Source of the DNA: an uncultured Candidatus Saccharibacteria bacterium
Lineage (GTDB): Bacteria; Patescibacteriota; Saccharimonadia; Saccharimonadales; Saccharimonadaceae
DNA: 64,000 bases
Direction: 5' to 3'
NCBI GenBank assembly: GCA_946804195.1
Contig: CAMPEU010000017.1
Coordinates: 3,533-67,532, forward strand
The position numbers and the translations under genes are program-made. The notes under the pieces were generated by a model. The model saw only the letters and a list, made by a program, of their open reading frames with translations. It was not told the origin of the DNA and did not search any database. Shown one piece after another: positions 44,430 through 53,017 of the stretch (the stretch's first letter is position 1; each line of letters starts with the position of its first letter).

Positions 44430-45089
44430 TTATCGAGGAACTGCGCTGATCAAATCAGCCGTCACCACCGATGCGGCTGATTCCTTGCTATTGCAACTGA
44501 CCATTACTACCCTGTTAGGTACGCTATCGTACACGAGTGTGCTGTTGGGCATCTCTTCGTACGCTACTAATGCGGGAGTGTTCGCTCGATACGTGAACAC
44601 CGCGTTTTGTGTCGTCACGATAACGGCATCCCCGGCAATGACGGCTGGAAGGTTATTGAAGACCTGTTGGTCAGTATTGTTCCAGTTGGAATGACCAAAG
44701 ATGAGTACCGTATCCTCTGACGGGACCGATGGCAGACCGAATGCACCATACCATGCCGCCTCTTTTAGGAGTGGTGGGTCGATACACGTTACTCCGCCGT
44801 GGCATCGTGGTGATTCACGTGGCCAAGTCTCGCCCGATACTTTGGCGTCGATAGCAACCGCGGGAATACTGACATTGAGGATATCCGTCGCCTCGATGAC
44901 GAGCGGGGCCTCTGCGACAATCGTCTCCTGTAGTTGTTGCGCGTTTTGTATCGCTTGCGTTGACTCTGCAAGAGAGCCTGCGCGCTGAGGGGATGGCTTG
45001 CTGGGCAGAAATGACCACAGCACGTATGCTATCGCCAAACAAATTACGACCAGTAGACCAGGAATTAGCAGTCGTTTGAATATATTCAT
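44430..45089 (-). CDS. Sortase-family transpeptidase (class E/F-like)
   Basis: N-terminal TM anchor, TVLIFGHSNW (catalytic His) and RVVMVSCNS (catalytic Cys). ATG at 45089 has an AAGGAG RBS. Confidence 0.75.
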   Translation of the reverse strand: MNIFKRLLIPGLLVVICLAIAYVLWSFLPSKPSPQRAGSLAESTQAIQNAQQLQETIVAEAPLVIEATDILNVSIPAVAIDAKVSGETWPRESPRCHGGVTCIDPPLLKEAAWYGAFGLPSVPSEDTVLIFGHSNWNNTDQQVFNNLPAVIAGDAVIVTTQNAVFTYRANTPALVAYEEMPNSTLVYDSVPNRVVMVSCNSKESAASVVTADLISAVPR

Positions 45090-45157
45090 CAGACTCCTTA
45101 CGTAGCCGAAATGTACAAAGTCAAGGTGACTCTTATCTACTATTATATAATAATTAA

Positions 45158-45204
45158 TTAAAAAATACAAGAAAACAGCCCGACGCAATGTGCGCCGGGC
45201 TGTT
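45158..45204 (-). terminator. Rho-independent terminator after the 57-aa peptide gene
   Basis: Minus strand: aacagcccg-gcgcacattgcgt-cgggctgtt followed by ttcttgtatttttt. Confidence 0.6.
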
Positions 45205-45230
45205 AACGTTGAACTAGTTGAGAGTGATGG

Positions 45231-45404
45231 TCATGGACGCTCGTGCTCAGCTGTACGCCGGGATCGGCGTACTAGACCGAACAATGTTGCGGCGACAAGC
45301 AAGATGGCGAAAATCAGCATAAACATGCTGCCGGTATGCAAACCGTATGCAACCATTCCGCCTCCAGCACCAGCTCCGGTCCCGACATAAGCTCCGTATG
45401 GCAT
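45231..45404 (-). CDS. 57-aa Gly/Ala-rich membrane peptide with sortase-signal-like C-terminus
   Basis: AAGGAG RBS 8 nt upstream of the ATG at 45404. Sequence MPYGAYVGTGAGAGGGMVAYG-LHTGS-MFMLIFAILLVAATLFGLV-RRSRRTAEHERP. Co-transcribed with the GT2 gene; no terminator lies between them. Confidence 0.55.
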   Translation of the reverse strand: MPYGAYVGTGAGAGGGMVAYGLHTGSMFMLIFAILLVAATLFGLVRRSRRTAEHERP

Positions 45405-45444
45405 ACAGATATCTCCTTTCGTCGAATCGTAGGTTATCGTACCT

Positions 45445-46557
45445 TCAACCACTCACGCCTTCGGCGTGGTATTGAAGTTCCCACCGGTCTTTTCTTTGAC
45501 CGGTAATCCTAGCAGATAGTACCTCGACCCATGCAGCCACGAACCATGCAGTTCTGATCCACCCAAAAATCTCGTATGGGAGAATCGTCATCGCAAGGAC
45601 TCGGTCCTTCCAGTCTGGATTTGGAATTCGCAGACTGAGATAGGCTTCGCTACCAACGAATAATAGTGGATATACAAGCCACCAGAACCAATGGAACTGG
45701 AAGATTCCGACGAAGACCTGTAGCCCAATTAAAACAAGCCACAGTACCCGTACGAAAACCATGAAACCACCGAGAAGCTGTTGCCCCCAGTCAACCAGCG
45801 TGAGCCGGGTGACACCGAGAGAAATCAGATCATCGATTGTTCCAGTAGACCACTTCATACGTTGATCCCACATGGTTCTGAGACTACTCATACTGTCTGT
45901 GTACATGCGAACCCGTGGGCTTGCTATACACAGATAGCCACGCTTACGAAGCTGAACTGTCAGTTCGAAGTCTTCCACCGCTGAGGTGTAAGACCACGGA
46001 CCTTCACGGCCAGTTTCGTCGACGATTCGGCGCAACGCCGCGTTGTAAAACGCAGCGCCCGCACCGGGCAACACGGTAGTAAAACCGCGCAACAGACTGG
46101 CGTCTACCGACTTGGCAAACTCAGCCTTTTGCAAACGATCCCAAAAACCTGTCTTTGGCATGGTTGCCTTGGCAGCGGAACCACCGAGTGGCTTGTAATG
46201 CCTCTTTCGTCTCAGAACACCTTTGAAATCCTCTACCCAAAGCTCGATGGCATTTGGGTCAAAGATCGTATCGGCGTCGACACTGATAACGATGTCGGCA
46301 TCACGTGCATGCGCATTCCATGCCCTATTGAGGGCTTCGGACTTCTTGTGCTCGAGCTTTGGAAGCTCTAACACAACAACTGATGCACTGCGACTCATGT
46401 ATGACCTCGCGACCTCGGCCGTATTGTCAGTACACCCATTAGGAATAACGACAATCGTATCGAGGGGACGTGTCTGTGCGAGTAGGGCCTCAATTGTAGC
46501 CCCAATACTTTGCGCCTCGTTATACGCTGGAATCAGCGCAACGATTTTTTGGGCCAC
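45445..46557 (-). CDS. Family-2 glycosyltransferase, IcaA/PgaC/NodC-like processive synthase
   Basis: VALIPAYNEAQSIGATIEALLAQT, ISVDADT (DxD), QRMKWSTG (QxxRW-type) and a C-terminal TM bundle. GTG start with an AGAGG RBS. Confidence 0.85.
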   Translation of the reverse strand: MAQKIVALIPAYNEAQSIGATIEALLAQTRPLDTIVVIPNGCTDNTAEVARSYMSRSASVVVLELPKLEHKKSEALNRAWNAHARDADIVISVDADTIFDPNAIELWVEDFKGVLRRKRHYKPLGGSAAKATMPKTGFWDRLQKAEFAKSVDASLLRGFTTVLPGAGAAFYNAALRRIVDETGREGPWSYTSAVEDFELTVQLRKRGYLCIASPRVRMYTDSMSSLRTMWDQRMKWSTGTIDDLISLGVTRLTLVDWGQQLLGGFMVFVRVLWLVLIGLQVFVGIFQFHWFWWLVYPLLFVGSEAYLSLRIPNPDWKDRVLAMTILPYEIFGWIRTAWFVAAWVEVLSARITGQRKDRWELQYHAEGVSG

Positions 46558-46655
46558 GAAAGAGCACCTCTTTCATTCTAGTTAAACGTTAACGTGCGTG
46601 TACAATACGCATGGCTATTGGTCACCCAATCACATACATATATACTCAACTATTT

Positions 46656-46684
46656 ATTTTAGCATAAATATTTATAAAAGTCAA
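46656..46684 (-). promoter_or_regulatory. Promoter TTGACT-N17-TAAAAT driving the GT2-peptide transcript (~90-nt 5' UTR)
   Basis: Read on the minus strand, downstream of the deacetylase terminator. Confidence 0.55.
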
Positions 46685-46714
46685 TGATATACCTCTGTAA
46701 AAGCCCGCTTAGTT

Positions 46715-46753
46715 CTGAAAAATGAGCAGCCCCCACTCCGGAGAGTGGGGGCT
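46715..46753 (-). terminator. Rho-independent terminator after the deacetylase gene
   Basis: 11-bp stem agcccccactc-tccg-gagtgggggct followed by gctcattttt on the minus strand. Confidence 0.65.
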
Positions 46754-46767
46754 TTGGATGGAGATGC

Positions 46768-47511
46768 TCATGCGCCCTGGTCGTACTTCCAGTGCATCTG
46801 CTTCAGATAGTCGACAATGGCATCGATGAGGCGGGGGGTGTACTGACCACCCATGTGCATCAAAATAACACCATCAGGTCCGAGCGGCGGAAGGTTTACA
46901 TAACCATTCCGCAACCGATCCATCATGACCTCGACACCGTCACCGTTCCAGTCGAGTGTATCGGCCGTCCACGTGCAAACCTGAATCTTCTTCTCGGTCA
47001 GACGGCTACGCATCAACGTGTCGTAAGCACCCTCTCCGTACGGGGGTCGCAACAACATCGGCTGTGTGTTGATGACTCCTTCGACAGGATGAATCTCACC
47101 GTAAAACGCCGATTCGTTGGTGTCCGACAACACCTTGAGATTGACGTGAGAATACGTGTGGTTGCCGATCATATGCCCCTCTGCCTTCATCTGGTCGATG
47201 AGATAAAGGTGCTTCTGCGCCCACTGTCCGGTCGGAAAGAAGGCGGCACGAATGTTGTAGTGACGCAGTCGTTCCAGTATGTCGTAAATCTGTTGATCCG
47301 TCCCCTGGTCGTCAAACGTCAACAAGACGCCACGATTGTCCGGCCGGTTACAGTGCTGGATTACCTGTTTGGATGTGTTATTCACACTTCCGTCGTTGAG
47401 AATCCAGGCAACTGGCTTTGCCGGTTGCGGGGGTACCTCGTTGCTCGAGCAGCCCGCGACCACCAAGGCGGTCACGAACAGACAAGCCACAAAGGCATGA
47501 ATCTTACGCAT
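46768..47511 (-). CDS. Polysaccharide deacetylase (CE4 / NodB homology domain) lipoprotein
   Basis: Lipobox LVVAGCSS; LLTFDDQGTD (Asp-Asp motif 1); GNHTYSHVNL (His-His motif 2); LLRPPYGE (motif 3). Confidence 0.85.
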   Translation of the reverse strand: MRKIHAFVACLFVTALVVAGCSSNEVPPQPAKPVAWILNDGSVNNTSKQVIQHCNRPDNRGVLLTFDDQGTDQQIYDILERLRHYNIRAAFFPTGQWAQKHLYLIDQMKAEGHMIGNHTYSHVNLKVLSDTNESAFYGEIHPVEGVINTQPMLLRPPYGEGAYDTLMRSRLTEKKIQVCTWTADTLDWNGDGVEVMMDRLRNGYVNLPPLGPDGVILMHMGGQYTPRLIDAIVDYLKQMHWKYDQGA

Positions 47512-47687
47512 TACATCTCCTAAAGGTTCGAGGTATAAGTACCTATCTCTGTAATTTTAACATATATTCATAATAAAGTCAACTATAGCCCCTATACCTA
47601 CCCTCGTACGGAAGAGCCAGCAAATCGTAACAAAAAACATCACCTCACTAGTGGCGCACACCGCCCCAGTATTGTTACAATAGAAAC

Positions 47688-48065
47688 ATGACTAAATACG
47701 AAGGAACAAAACTAGCAGATTTCACACCAATGGATTCTGTGACCGAACTACAAACTATAGATGTGTTTCCCGGCACTGGTGAAGAGGTGCCACAAGGTGC
47801 AACAATCACAGCGCATTACACCGGAGCACTAGTGAAAAATGGTATTATTTTTCAGTCCAGCCACGACATGGGTGATGCTATCACCTTCCCATTAAATGGC
47901 GTCATCGCAGGCTGGACCGAAGGTGTTCCAGGCATGAAAGTCGGCGGCATGCGTCGCCTGATCATTCCGGCCGAGATGGCCTACGGCTCTTCTAGTCCCG
48001 CACCCAACATCCCAGCAAACAGCGATTTGGTGTTTGATATCGAACTAGTCGCAATCAAAAACTAG
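47688..48065 (+). CDS. FKBP-type peptidyl-prolyl cis-trans isomerase
   Basis: HYTGALV.NG.IFQSSHD...FPLNGVIAGWTEGVPGMKVGGMRRLIIPAEMAYG...LVFDIELV. ATG lies 6 nt after TGTTACAAT. Confidence 0.9.
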   Translation: MTKYEGTKLADFTPMDSVTELQTIDVFPGTGEEVPQGATITAHYTGALVKNGIIFQSSHDMGDAITFPLNGVIAGWTEGVPGMKVGGMRRLIIPAEMAYGSSSPAPNIPANSDLVFDIELVAIKN

Positions 48066-48083
48066 CTTGAGCATATAGCCCAA

Positions 48084-48806
48084 CTACCTTGCATCATCTA
48101 CAAGTTTCAGTGTATCTTTCCATAATTTGGCATGGAGTCTCACTTCTTCGCTATCAACTAGTTCTGGGTATACATCATATGACACTAACGTGCCGTCATA
48201 TTTTGTATCGTTCATTATTTCAACTTGCTTTAACAATTGACTACCGGTCGTATCTCCTGCAGCACCAGCCCACATGGCGGAGCTTATGGCCGCTCCGGGA
48301 TATCCGAGCAACATTCCAGACTGCGAATGAGTCGCCGTCCATTCCAAATCCCATCGCCACTCTTTTGGCAATTCACCTGATCCTACATCCGATTTAACTA
48401 CGTCACCATTGTCTGATATCCATTGCTTAAACGTTGACACCTTAGGTGACTTCCAAACTTTATCGGCATATGAATATCTGTTTTTTACATCCCGAAGTCC
48501 CGCACCACTCACCAAAACAAATCCGTCGCCCATATCATCACCGCCAAAACGATAAATGTCATGCTTTTCAAGCGTCTGGTCAAACTTTTTTATATTTGAG
48601 GGCTTTATATGCTCGTCAAACCTATGGTATGGACTAATAGCACGTAGTCCAGCAAGCGCCAACACAGCGCTGGGTTGCATAGCGTACATAGCAGTAGCCA
48701 AATCATTCTCTAGCAAATCATCTAATATGAAAGTTGCGCGTTCTGCATATTTTTCAGGACCATCGTTCGGCAATCTATATCCGAATTCTTCGAATCGCTT
48801 TGTCAT
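48084..48806 (-). CDS. Hypothetical protein (240 aa)
   Basis: Long ORF with no recognised motif. Confidence 0.6.
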   Translation of the reverse strand: MTKRFEEFGYRLPNDGPEKYAERATFILDDLLENDLATAMYAMQPSAVLALAGLRAISPYHRFDEHIKPSNIKKFDQTLEKHDIYRFGGDDMGDGFVLVSGAGLRDVKNRYSYADKVWKSPKVSTFKQWISDNGDVVKSDVGSGELPKEWRWDLEWTATHSQSGMLLGYPGAAISSAMWAGAAGDTTGSQLLKQVEIMNDTKYDGTLVSYDVYPELVDSEEVRLHAKLWKDTLKLVDDAR

Positions 48807-48885
48807 GCCTATATTATAGCATAAAAGTTATGTTTTGTGAATAGGCACTTTCGTATCTACCCCTGTTATGTTACGATAGTTGGAT

Positions 48886-49959
48886 ATGAGTTTATCAATC
48901 GGTATCGTCGGCCTACCAAATGTCGGCAAATCAACATTATTCAACGCCCTGACCGGGGGTGATATTTTGGCTGCCAATTATCCGTTCGCAACAATCGAAC
49001 CAAACACCGGCATCGTACCCGTACCTGATGATAGATTATTCGTCCTGGAAAAAATGTATTCAGCCCAAAAAGTCATTCCCGCCACCGTTACATTCGTCGA
49101 TATTGCAGGGTTGGTTGCTGGCGCAAGCGCCGGCGAAGGCCTGGGTAATGCGTTTCTAGCGAATATCCGCGAATGTAGCGCAATCGTGCATGTTGTTCGC
49201 GCATTCGAAGGCGATGTCATCCACGTCGCTGATCGTGTTGACCCGCAGGCAGATATCGAGATTATCAATACCGAACTAATCCTAGCCGATCTGCAAACAA
49301 TCGAAAAACACCTGCCAAAACTGCAAAAAGAATCAAAGGCAAACCCCTCTGCACGCGAAGGTGTATCGTATTTCGAAAGCCTTCAACGTCATCTGCAAGA
49401 AGGTACGCCTTTGTCTGCCCTGCCCAGTCTAGATGCTGAAAAACTAGTTGGGCTCAATCTATTAACTGCAAAACCGGTGATTTATGCATTCAACGTCGAC
49501 GAAAACACGCTGACTAATGACGTGCGCAAAGCTGAACTATCCGCACTCGTTGCACCGGCAAAAAGCGTGTTCATCTGCGCACAATTAGAGGAAGAAATTA
49601 AAGACCTGACAACCGTCGAAGCCCAAGAACTACTATCGAGCTACGGCGTACAGGAAACAGGCCTGCAACAACTAATTCACAGCGCCTACCAAACACTTGG
49701 ACTACAAAGTTACCTAACCGCCGGACCAAAGGAGGTGCGTGCATGGACAATCCACCGCGGTAACACCGCCCCGCAGGCCGCTGGCGTGATTCACACTGAC
49801 TTTGAGCGTGGATTTATTGCTGCACAAATTATTGATTTTGATGATCTGATTGCTGCAGGGAGCGAACAAGCCGCCAAACTAGCCGGCAAAGTCCGCACCG
49901 AAGGCAAGACGTATGTCATGCAACCTGGTGATATCGTTGAATTCCGATTTAATGTTTAA
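48886..49959 (+). CDS. ychF: Ribosome-binding ATPase YchF (Obg-like)
   Basis: IGIVGLPNVGKSTLFNALT, DIAGLV and a C-terminal TGS-like domain ...GKTYVMQPGDIVEFRFNV. ATG at 48886 is preferred over TTG at 48880. Confidence 0.95.
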   Translation: MSLSIGIVGLPNVGKSTLFNALTGGDILAANYPFATIEPNTGIVPVPDDRLFVLEKMYSAQKVIPATVTFVDIAGLVAGASAGEGLGNAFLANIRECSAIVHVVRAFEGDVIHVADRVDPQADIEIINTELILADLQTIEKHLPKLQKESKANPSAREGVSYFESLQRHLQEGTPLSALPSLDAEKLVGLNLLTAKPVIYAFNVDENTLTNDVRKAELSALVAPAKSVFICAQLEEEIKDLTTVEAQELLSSYGVQETGLQQLIHSAYQTLGLQSYLTAGPKEVRAWTIHRGNTAPQAAGVIHTDFERGFIAAQIIDFDDLIAAGSEQAAKLAGKVRTEGKTYVMQPGDIVEFRFNV

Positions 49960-49986
49960 CTAATTGCCAGCTAGAACTTTGGTATT

Positions 49987-50454
49987 TCAGCAACCTGTCG
50001 CCTCTTTTACGCTCACATGTAACACTATATCGTCACCGCCCCCGTTCACGCCATCGGGCCCTACACTCTCGATATATGTATTCGCACCGCCCAAAGAACC
50101 TGTATTACAGTCATTGTCATCATACCCCCAGCAATTACCCCAGGGATCCGTCGCACTGAAGCCTACGTACCCCGCACCACTCAATGCAGCTATAAGACTA
50201 TTGATGGTAGCGCAGCTTGGTGGATCAGTATTGTAATTCCATGCATCACCAACAGGCGGAAGCTCCCTGTTCACTACTTTATAAGCAAGCATCGCCTTCT
50301 TAAAACTAGCAAGTTCAGAACTTGCCTGGTTGGTTCTCGCTTGCGCCGTGATACCGCTATATGCAACGGTAACAATCGCCGCAAGGATACCAATCACCAC
50401 AACTACGATTAATAATTCAACAATTGTGAACCCAAAGCTTTTTATTCTATTCAC
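49987..50454 (-). CDS. Type IV pilin / pseudopilin (PulG-like), orphan copy
   Basis: FGFTIVELLIVVVVIGILAAIVTVAY. Confidence 0.8.
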   Translation of the reverse strand: MNRIKSFGFTIVELLIVVVVIGILAAIVTVAYSGITAQARTNQASSELASFKKAMLAYKVVNRELPPVGDAWNYNTDPPSCATINSLIAALSGAGYVGFSATDPWGNCWGYDDNDCNTGSLGGANTYIESVGPDGVNGGGDDIVLHVSVKEATGC

Positions 50455-50482
50455 ATAATAATTTTAACATAAGCACATAACA

Positions 50483-51049
50483 TCAATCGCCGCCATAGCA
50501 CCGTTGGTGATATCCACTAGACTTATTCAACCAATCCCGATTATTGCCAGTGTAAGCCTGCATACAATAGCTAGGACCTTGGCCTACCTCATATGCATTA
50601 GAAAAATATCCGCCATCGTTTGCACCACCATCACCCTCCAACTGCACCATTAACCCGTACGTCTGATAATTATCATTTGCCTGACTGGCATATGCATAAT
50701 AAAAGCCTCCAGATGGTACTGATAATTCCGTTGGGTCAAACTTTGCATATGGCGCCAATGCGTCAGTCAGCGTCTTTAGACGATCACAATGACCCCAATT
50801 ATCAGTCTGTGAACCACATGATGATTCATAACCTAAGCCGTGTAAAATGTGTGGGTAATCGCCATTTTCAACGTAATACAGCTCTATCGCCTTTTGTAGT
50901 TGATTCAAAGTTGCAATACGACTTGAATCACGAGCCGCAGACTGAATACCAGTGTACGCAACAGTAACAATCGCGGCTAGAATACCTATAACGACGACTA
51001 CAATCAAAAGTTCTACGATGGTGAATCCAGACCTGCGAGTGATGCCCAT
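50483..51049 (-). CDS. Type IV pilin / pseudopilin, orphan copy
   Basis: SGFTIVELLIVVVVIGILAAIVTVAY; four Cys in the head domain. Confidence 0.8.
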   Translation of the reverse strand: MGITRRSGFTIVELLIVVVVIGILAAIVTVAYTGIQSAARDSSRIATLNQLQKAIELYYVENGDYPHILHGLGYESSCGSQTDNWGHCDRLKTLTDALAPYAKFDPTELSVPSGGFYYAYASQANDNYQTYGLMVQLEGDGGANDGGYFSNAYEVGQGPSYCMQAYTGNNRDWLNKSSGYHQRCYGGD

Positions 51050-51085
51050 GTAATCATAGTAAACATAAGTAGCAATCTGGGCAAG

Positions 51086-51802
51086 TTAGGTGGTTGTTTG
51101 CAATAAGTAAAACCGTTCACGGTTGCCCTTACCACCAGCAACTTCACTATCGCGCTTGTCGACGATAAAGAAGAGTGATTTTGCCCACGTCTCGAAATCA
51201 CGCAAAATCTGGCGACGTACTGAATCATTTTTGATAACACCCTTATTCACCTGATCACGCCCTGCTTCGAATTGTGGTTTTACCATTGCAACAATTTGCG
51301 CGTTTGGCGCGATCCTGGCAACACTTGGGAGAATTTCGCGCAAGCTAATAAAGCTGACATCAATGACAACGATGTCTATCTTTTTTACTACTACGAAATC
51401 ACGAATATCAGTTTTTTCGTGCAATTCAATACGACCATCTCGACGTAAACTAGGATGCATTTGATGAGTACCAACATCCACGGCAATTACTTTTTTTGCA
51501 CCATGCTGCAGTGCATAATCAGTAAATCCGCCAGTACTGCTACCTACATCGAGAACCATTTTTTTTGCGAAATCAACTTTCAATAATTCCGCCACACTCG
51601 CTAATTTCAAACCAGCACGACTAACATACCTTTCTTTTGCAGTGACTTTCAGACTGGCATTTTCGTTCACAAATTGACCGGATTTTGTGGCAACTTTTCC
51701 ATCCACAGTCACCTTACCCAGCTTTATCCAACTCTCGGCTTGTGAACGTGACGTGACAAGACCCTTTACAGCGAGCAGTTGATCGAGCCTTTGCTTCGTC
51801 AT
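51086..51802 (-). CDS. tlyA: TlyA-family rRNA 2'-O-methyltransferase (S4 plus FtsJ domains)
   Basis: RLDQLLAVKGLVTSRSQAESWIKLGKVTVDG (S4 domain) and LDVGSSTGGFTDYAL (SAM motif I). Confidence 0.85.
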   Translation of the reverse strand: MTKQRLDQLLAVKGLVTSRSQAESWIKLGKVTVDGKVATKSGQFVNENASLKVTAKERYVSRAGLKLASVAELLKVDFAKKMVLDVGSSTGGFTDYALQHGAKKVIAVDVGTHQMHPSLRRDGRIELHEKTDIRDFVVVKKIDIVVIDVSFISLREILPSVARIAPNAQIVAMVKPQFEAGRDQVNKGVIKNDSVRRQILRDFETWAKSLFFIVDKRDSEVAGGKGNRERFYLLQTTT

Positions 51803-52363
51803 TTATTTCTTTCGTTCGCGGTATTCACCGGTTGTCGTATCGACAGAAATAACATCACCCGTTTTTATAAATGCGGGTACTTTTACGACAAGTCCTGTTT
51901 CGACAGTTGCGTCTTTTAATACGTTACTCGTCGTGTCACCTTTTACCACATCCTCGGTATAGGTTACTTCTAGGTACAAGTTCTTTGGAAGCTCAAGATT
52001 GATGACTGTTCCATCAAAAAATTGTAGATTCAATTCATCACCTTCCTTGAGGTAATTGGCCGCTGTATCAACTAAATCAGTGTGTAATTGAAACTGCTCA
52101 AAACTAGATGGATCCATGAAATGGAAGTCATCCGCATCTGAATACAAATATTGAACAGGACGTGACGATACGTCTGCACGTTCAATCTTGTCCTGACCCT
52201 TAAATGTCTTTGGGATAACGCTACCATCAATCAAATTCTTTAATCTGACGTTCACGATACTACCACCACGACCCATAACTTTTTGGCCGTATTCAATGAC
52301 ACGATAAGGCTTGCCGTCAATCTGGCAAACAGTTCCTTTTTTTAGATCAGTTGGCTGGTACAT
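51803..52363 (-). CDS. efp: Elongation factor P
   Basis: MYQPTDLKKGTVCQIDGKPYRVIEYGQKVMGRGGSIVNVRLKNL. Confidence 0.95.
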   Translation of the reverse strand: MYQPTDLKKGTVCQIDGKPYRVIEYGQKVMGRGGSIVNVRLKNLIDGSVIPKTFKGQDKIERADVSSRPVQYLYSDADDFHFMDPSSFEQFQLHTDLVDTAANYLKEGDELNLQFFDGTVINLELPKNLYLEVTYTEDVVKGDTTSNVLKDATVETGLVVKVPAFIKTGDVISVDTTTGEYRERKK

Positions 52364-52366
52364 AAC

Positions 52367-52567
52367 CTAACCCTGAACGACAAATGGCAACAATGCGAGA
52401 TGTCGTGCGCGTTTGATAGCAGTTGCTAATTGGCGCTGTTGTTTCGCAGGAAGACCAGTCTTGCTCGCTGGTTCAACTTGACCATATACGTTGATGTAGC
52501 GTAGCAAAGTCTTCGCGTCTTTGTAGTCAAAGTATGCTGGTGCGTCTTTTTTAAATCTTTTCATCAT
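52367..52567 (-). CDS. rpsR: 30S ribosomal protein S18
   Basis: [16 protein letters not shown].....[26 protein letters not shown]. Confidence 0.9.
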   Translation of the reverse strand: MMKRFKKDAPAYFDYKDAKTLLRYINVYGQVEPASKTGLPAKQQRQLATAIKRARHLALLPFVVQG

Positions 52568-52573
52568 ATTCTC

Positions 52574-53014
52574 CTAGAATGGAATTTCACTTAAATCAAT
52601 TGGTTTATCATCGATATCTTCGATCACGACATCATCAGACTTTTTTTTGCTCTCGGCTGGCTTTGATGGTGTAGATGAGCCACCGCCATCGCCGTTTGGA
52701 CCATCAAGAAACGTAACATCAGTTGCAACAACTTCTACCTTGCTGCGCTTTTTGCCGGTTTCTTTGTCGTCCCAGCTATCTTGTCGCAAACGTCCCTGCA
52801 CTAGGCAACGTCGGCCTTTGCTGAGGTACTGTGCGACCAATTCACCCAACTTTTCCCATGCAGTGATGTCGAAAAAGTCAGCCTGATCATCTTGTGTTTG
52901 GCGATCAACAGCGAGGCTAAAGCTAACGACTGTTTTGCCAGTCGATGTCGAACGTGTTTCTGGATCGCGAGTCAATCGACCCATCAGAATTACTTGGTTG
53001 ATGCTTTTTGCCAT
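52574..53014 (-). CDS. ssb: Single-stranded DNA-binding protein
   Basis: INQVILMGRLTRDPETRST..GKTVVSFSLAV OB fold and an acidic C-terminal tip DLSEIPF. Confidence 0.9.
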   Translation of the reverse strand: MAKSINQVILMGRLTRDPETRSTSTGKTVVSFSLAVDRQTQDDQADFFDITAWEKLGELVAQYLSKGRRCLVQGRLRQDSWDDKETGKKRSKVEVVATDVTFLDGPNGDGGGSSTPSKPAESKKKSDDVVIEDIDDKPIDLSEIPF

Positions 53015-53017
53015 ACT

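Noticed and set aside
40200-50200. GC-rich stretch (many 60-nt windows at 50-63% against about 40% in pil, thrS and rnj genes), suggesting a horizontally acquired island carrying the sortase, GT2 and deacetylase genes.
   Set aside because: The elevated GC also covers core genes (FKBP, ychF). The boundaries show no repeats, tRNA or integrase. Composition alone is therefore not diagnostic, and codon-usage and phylogenetic tests are needed before claiming HGT.
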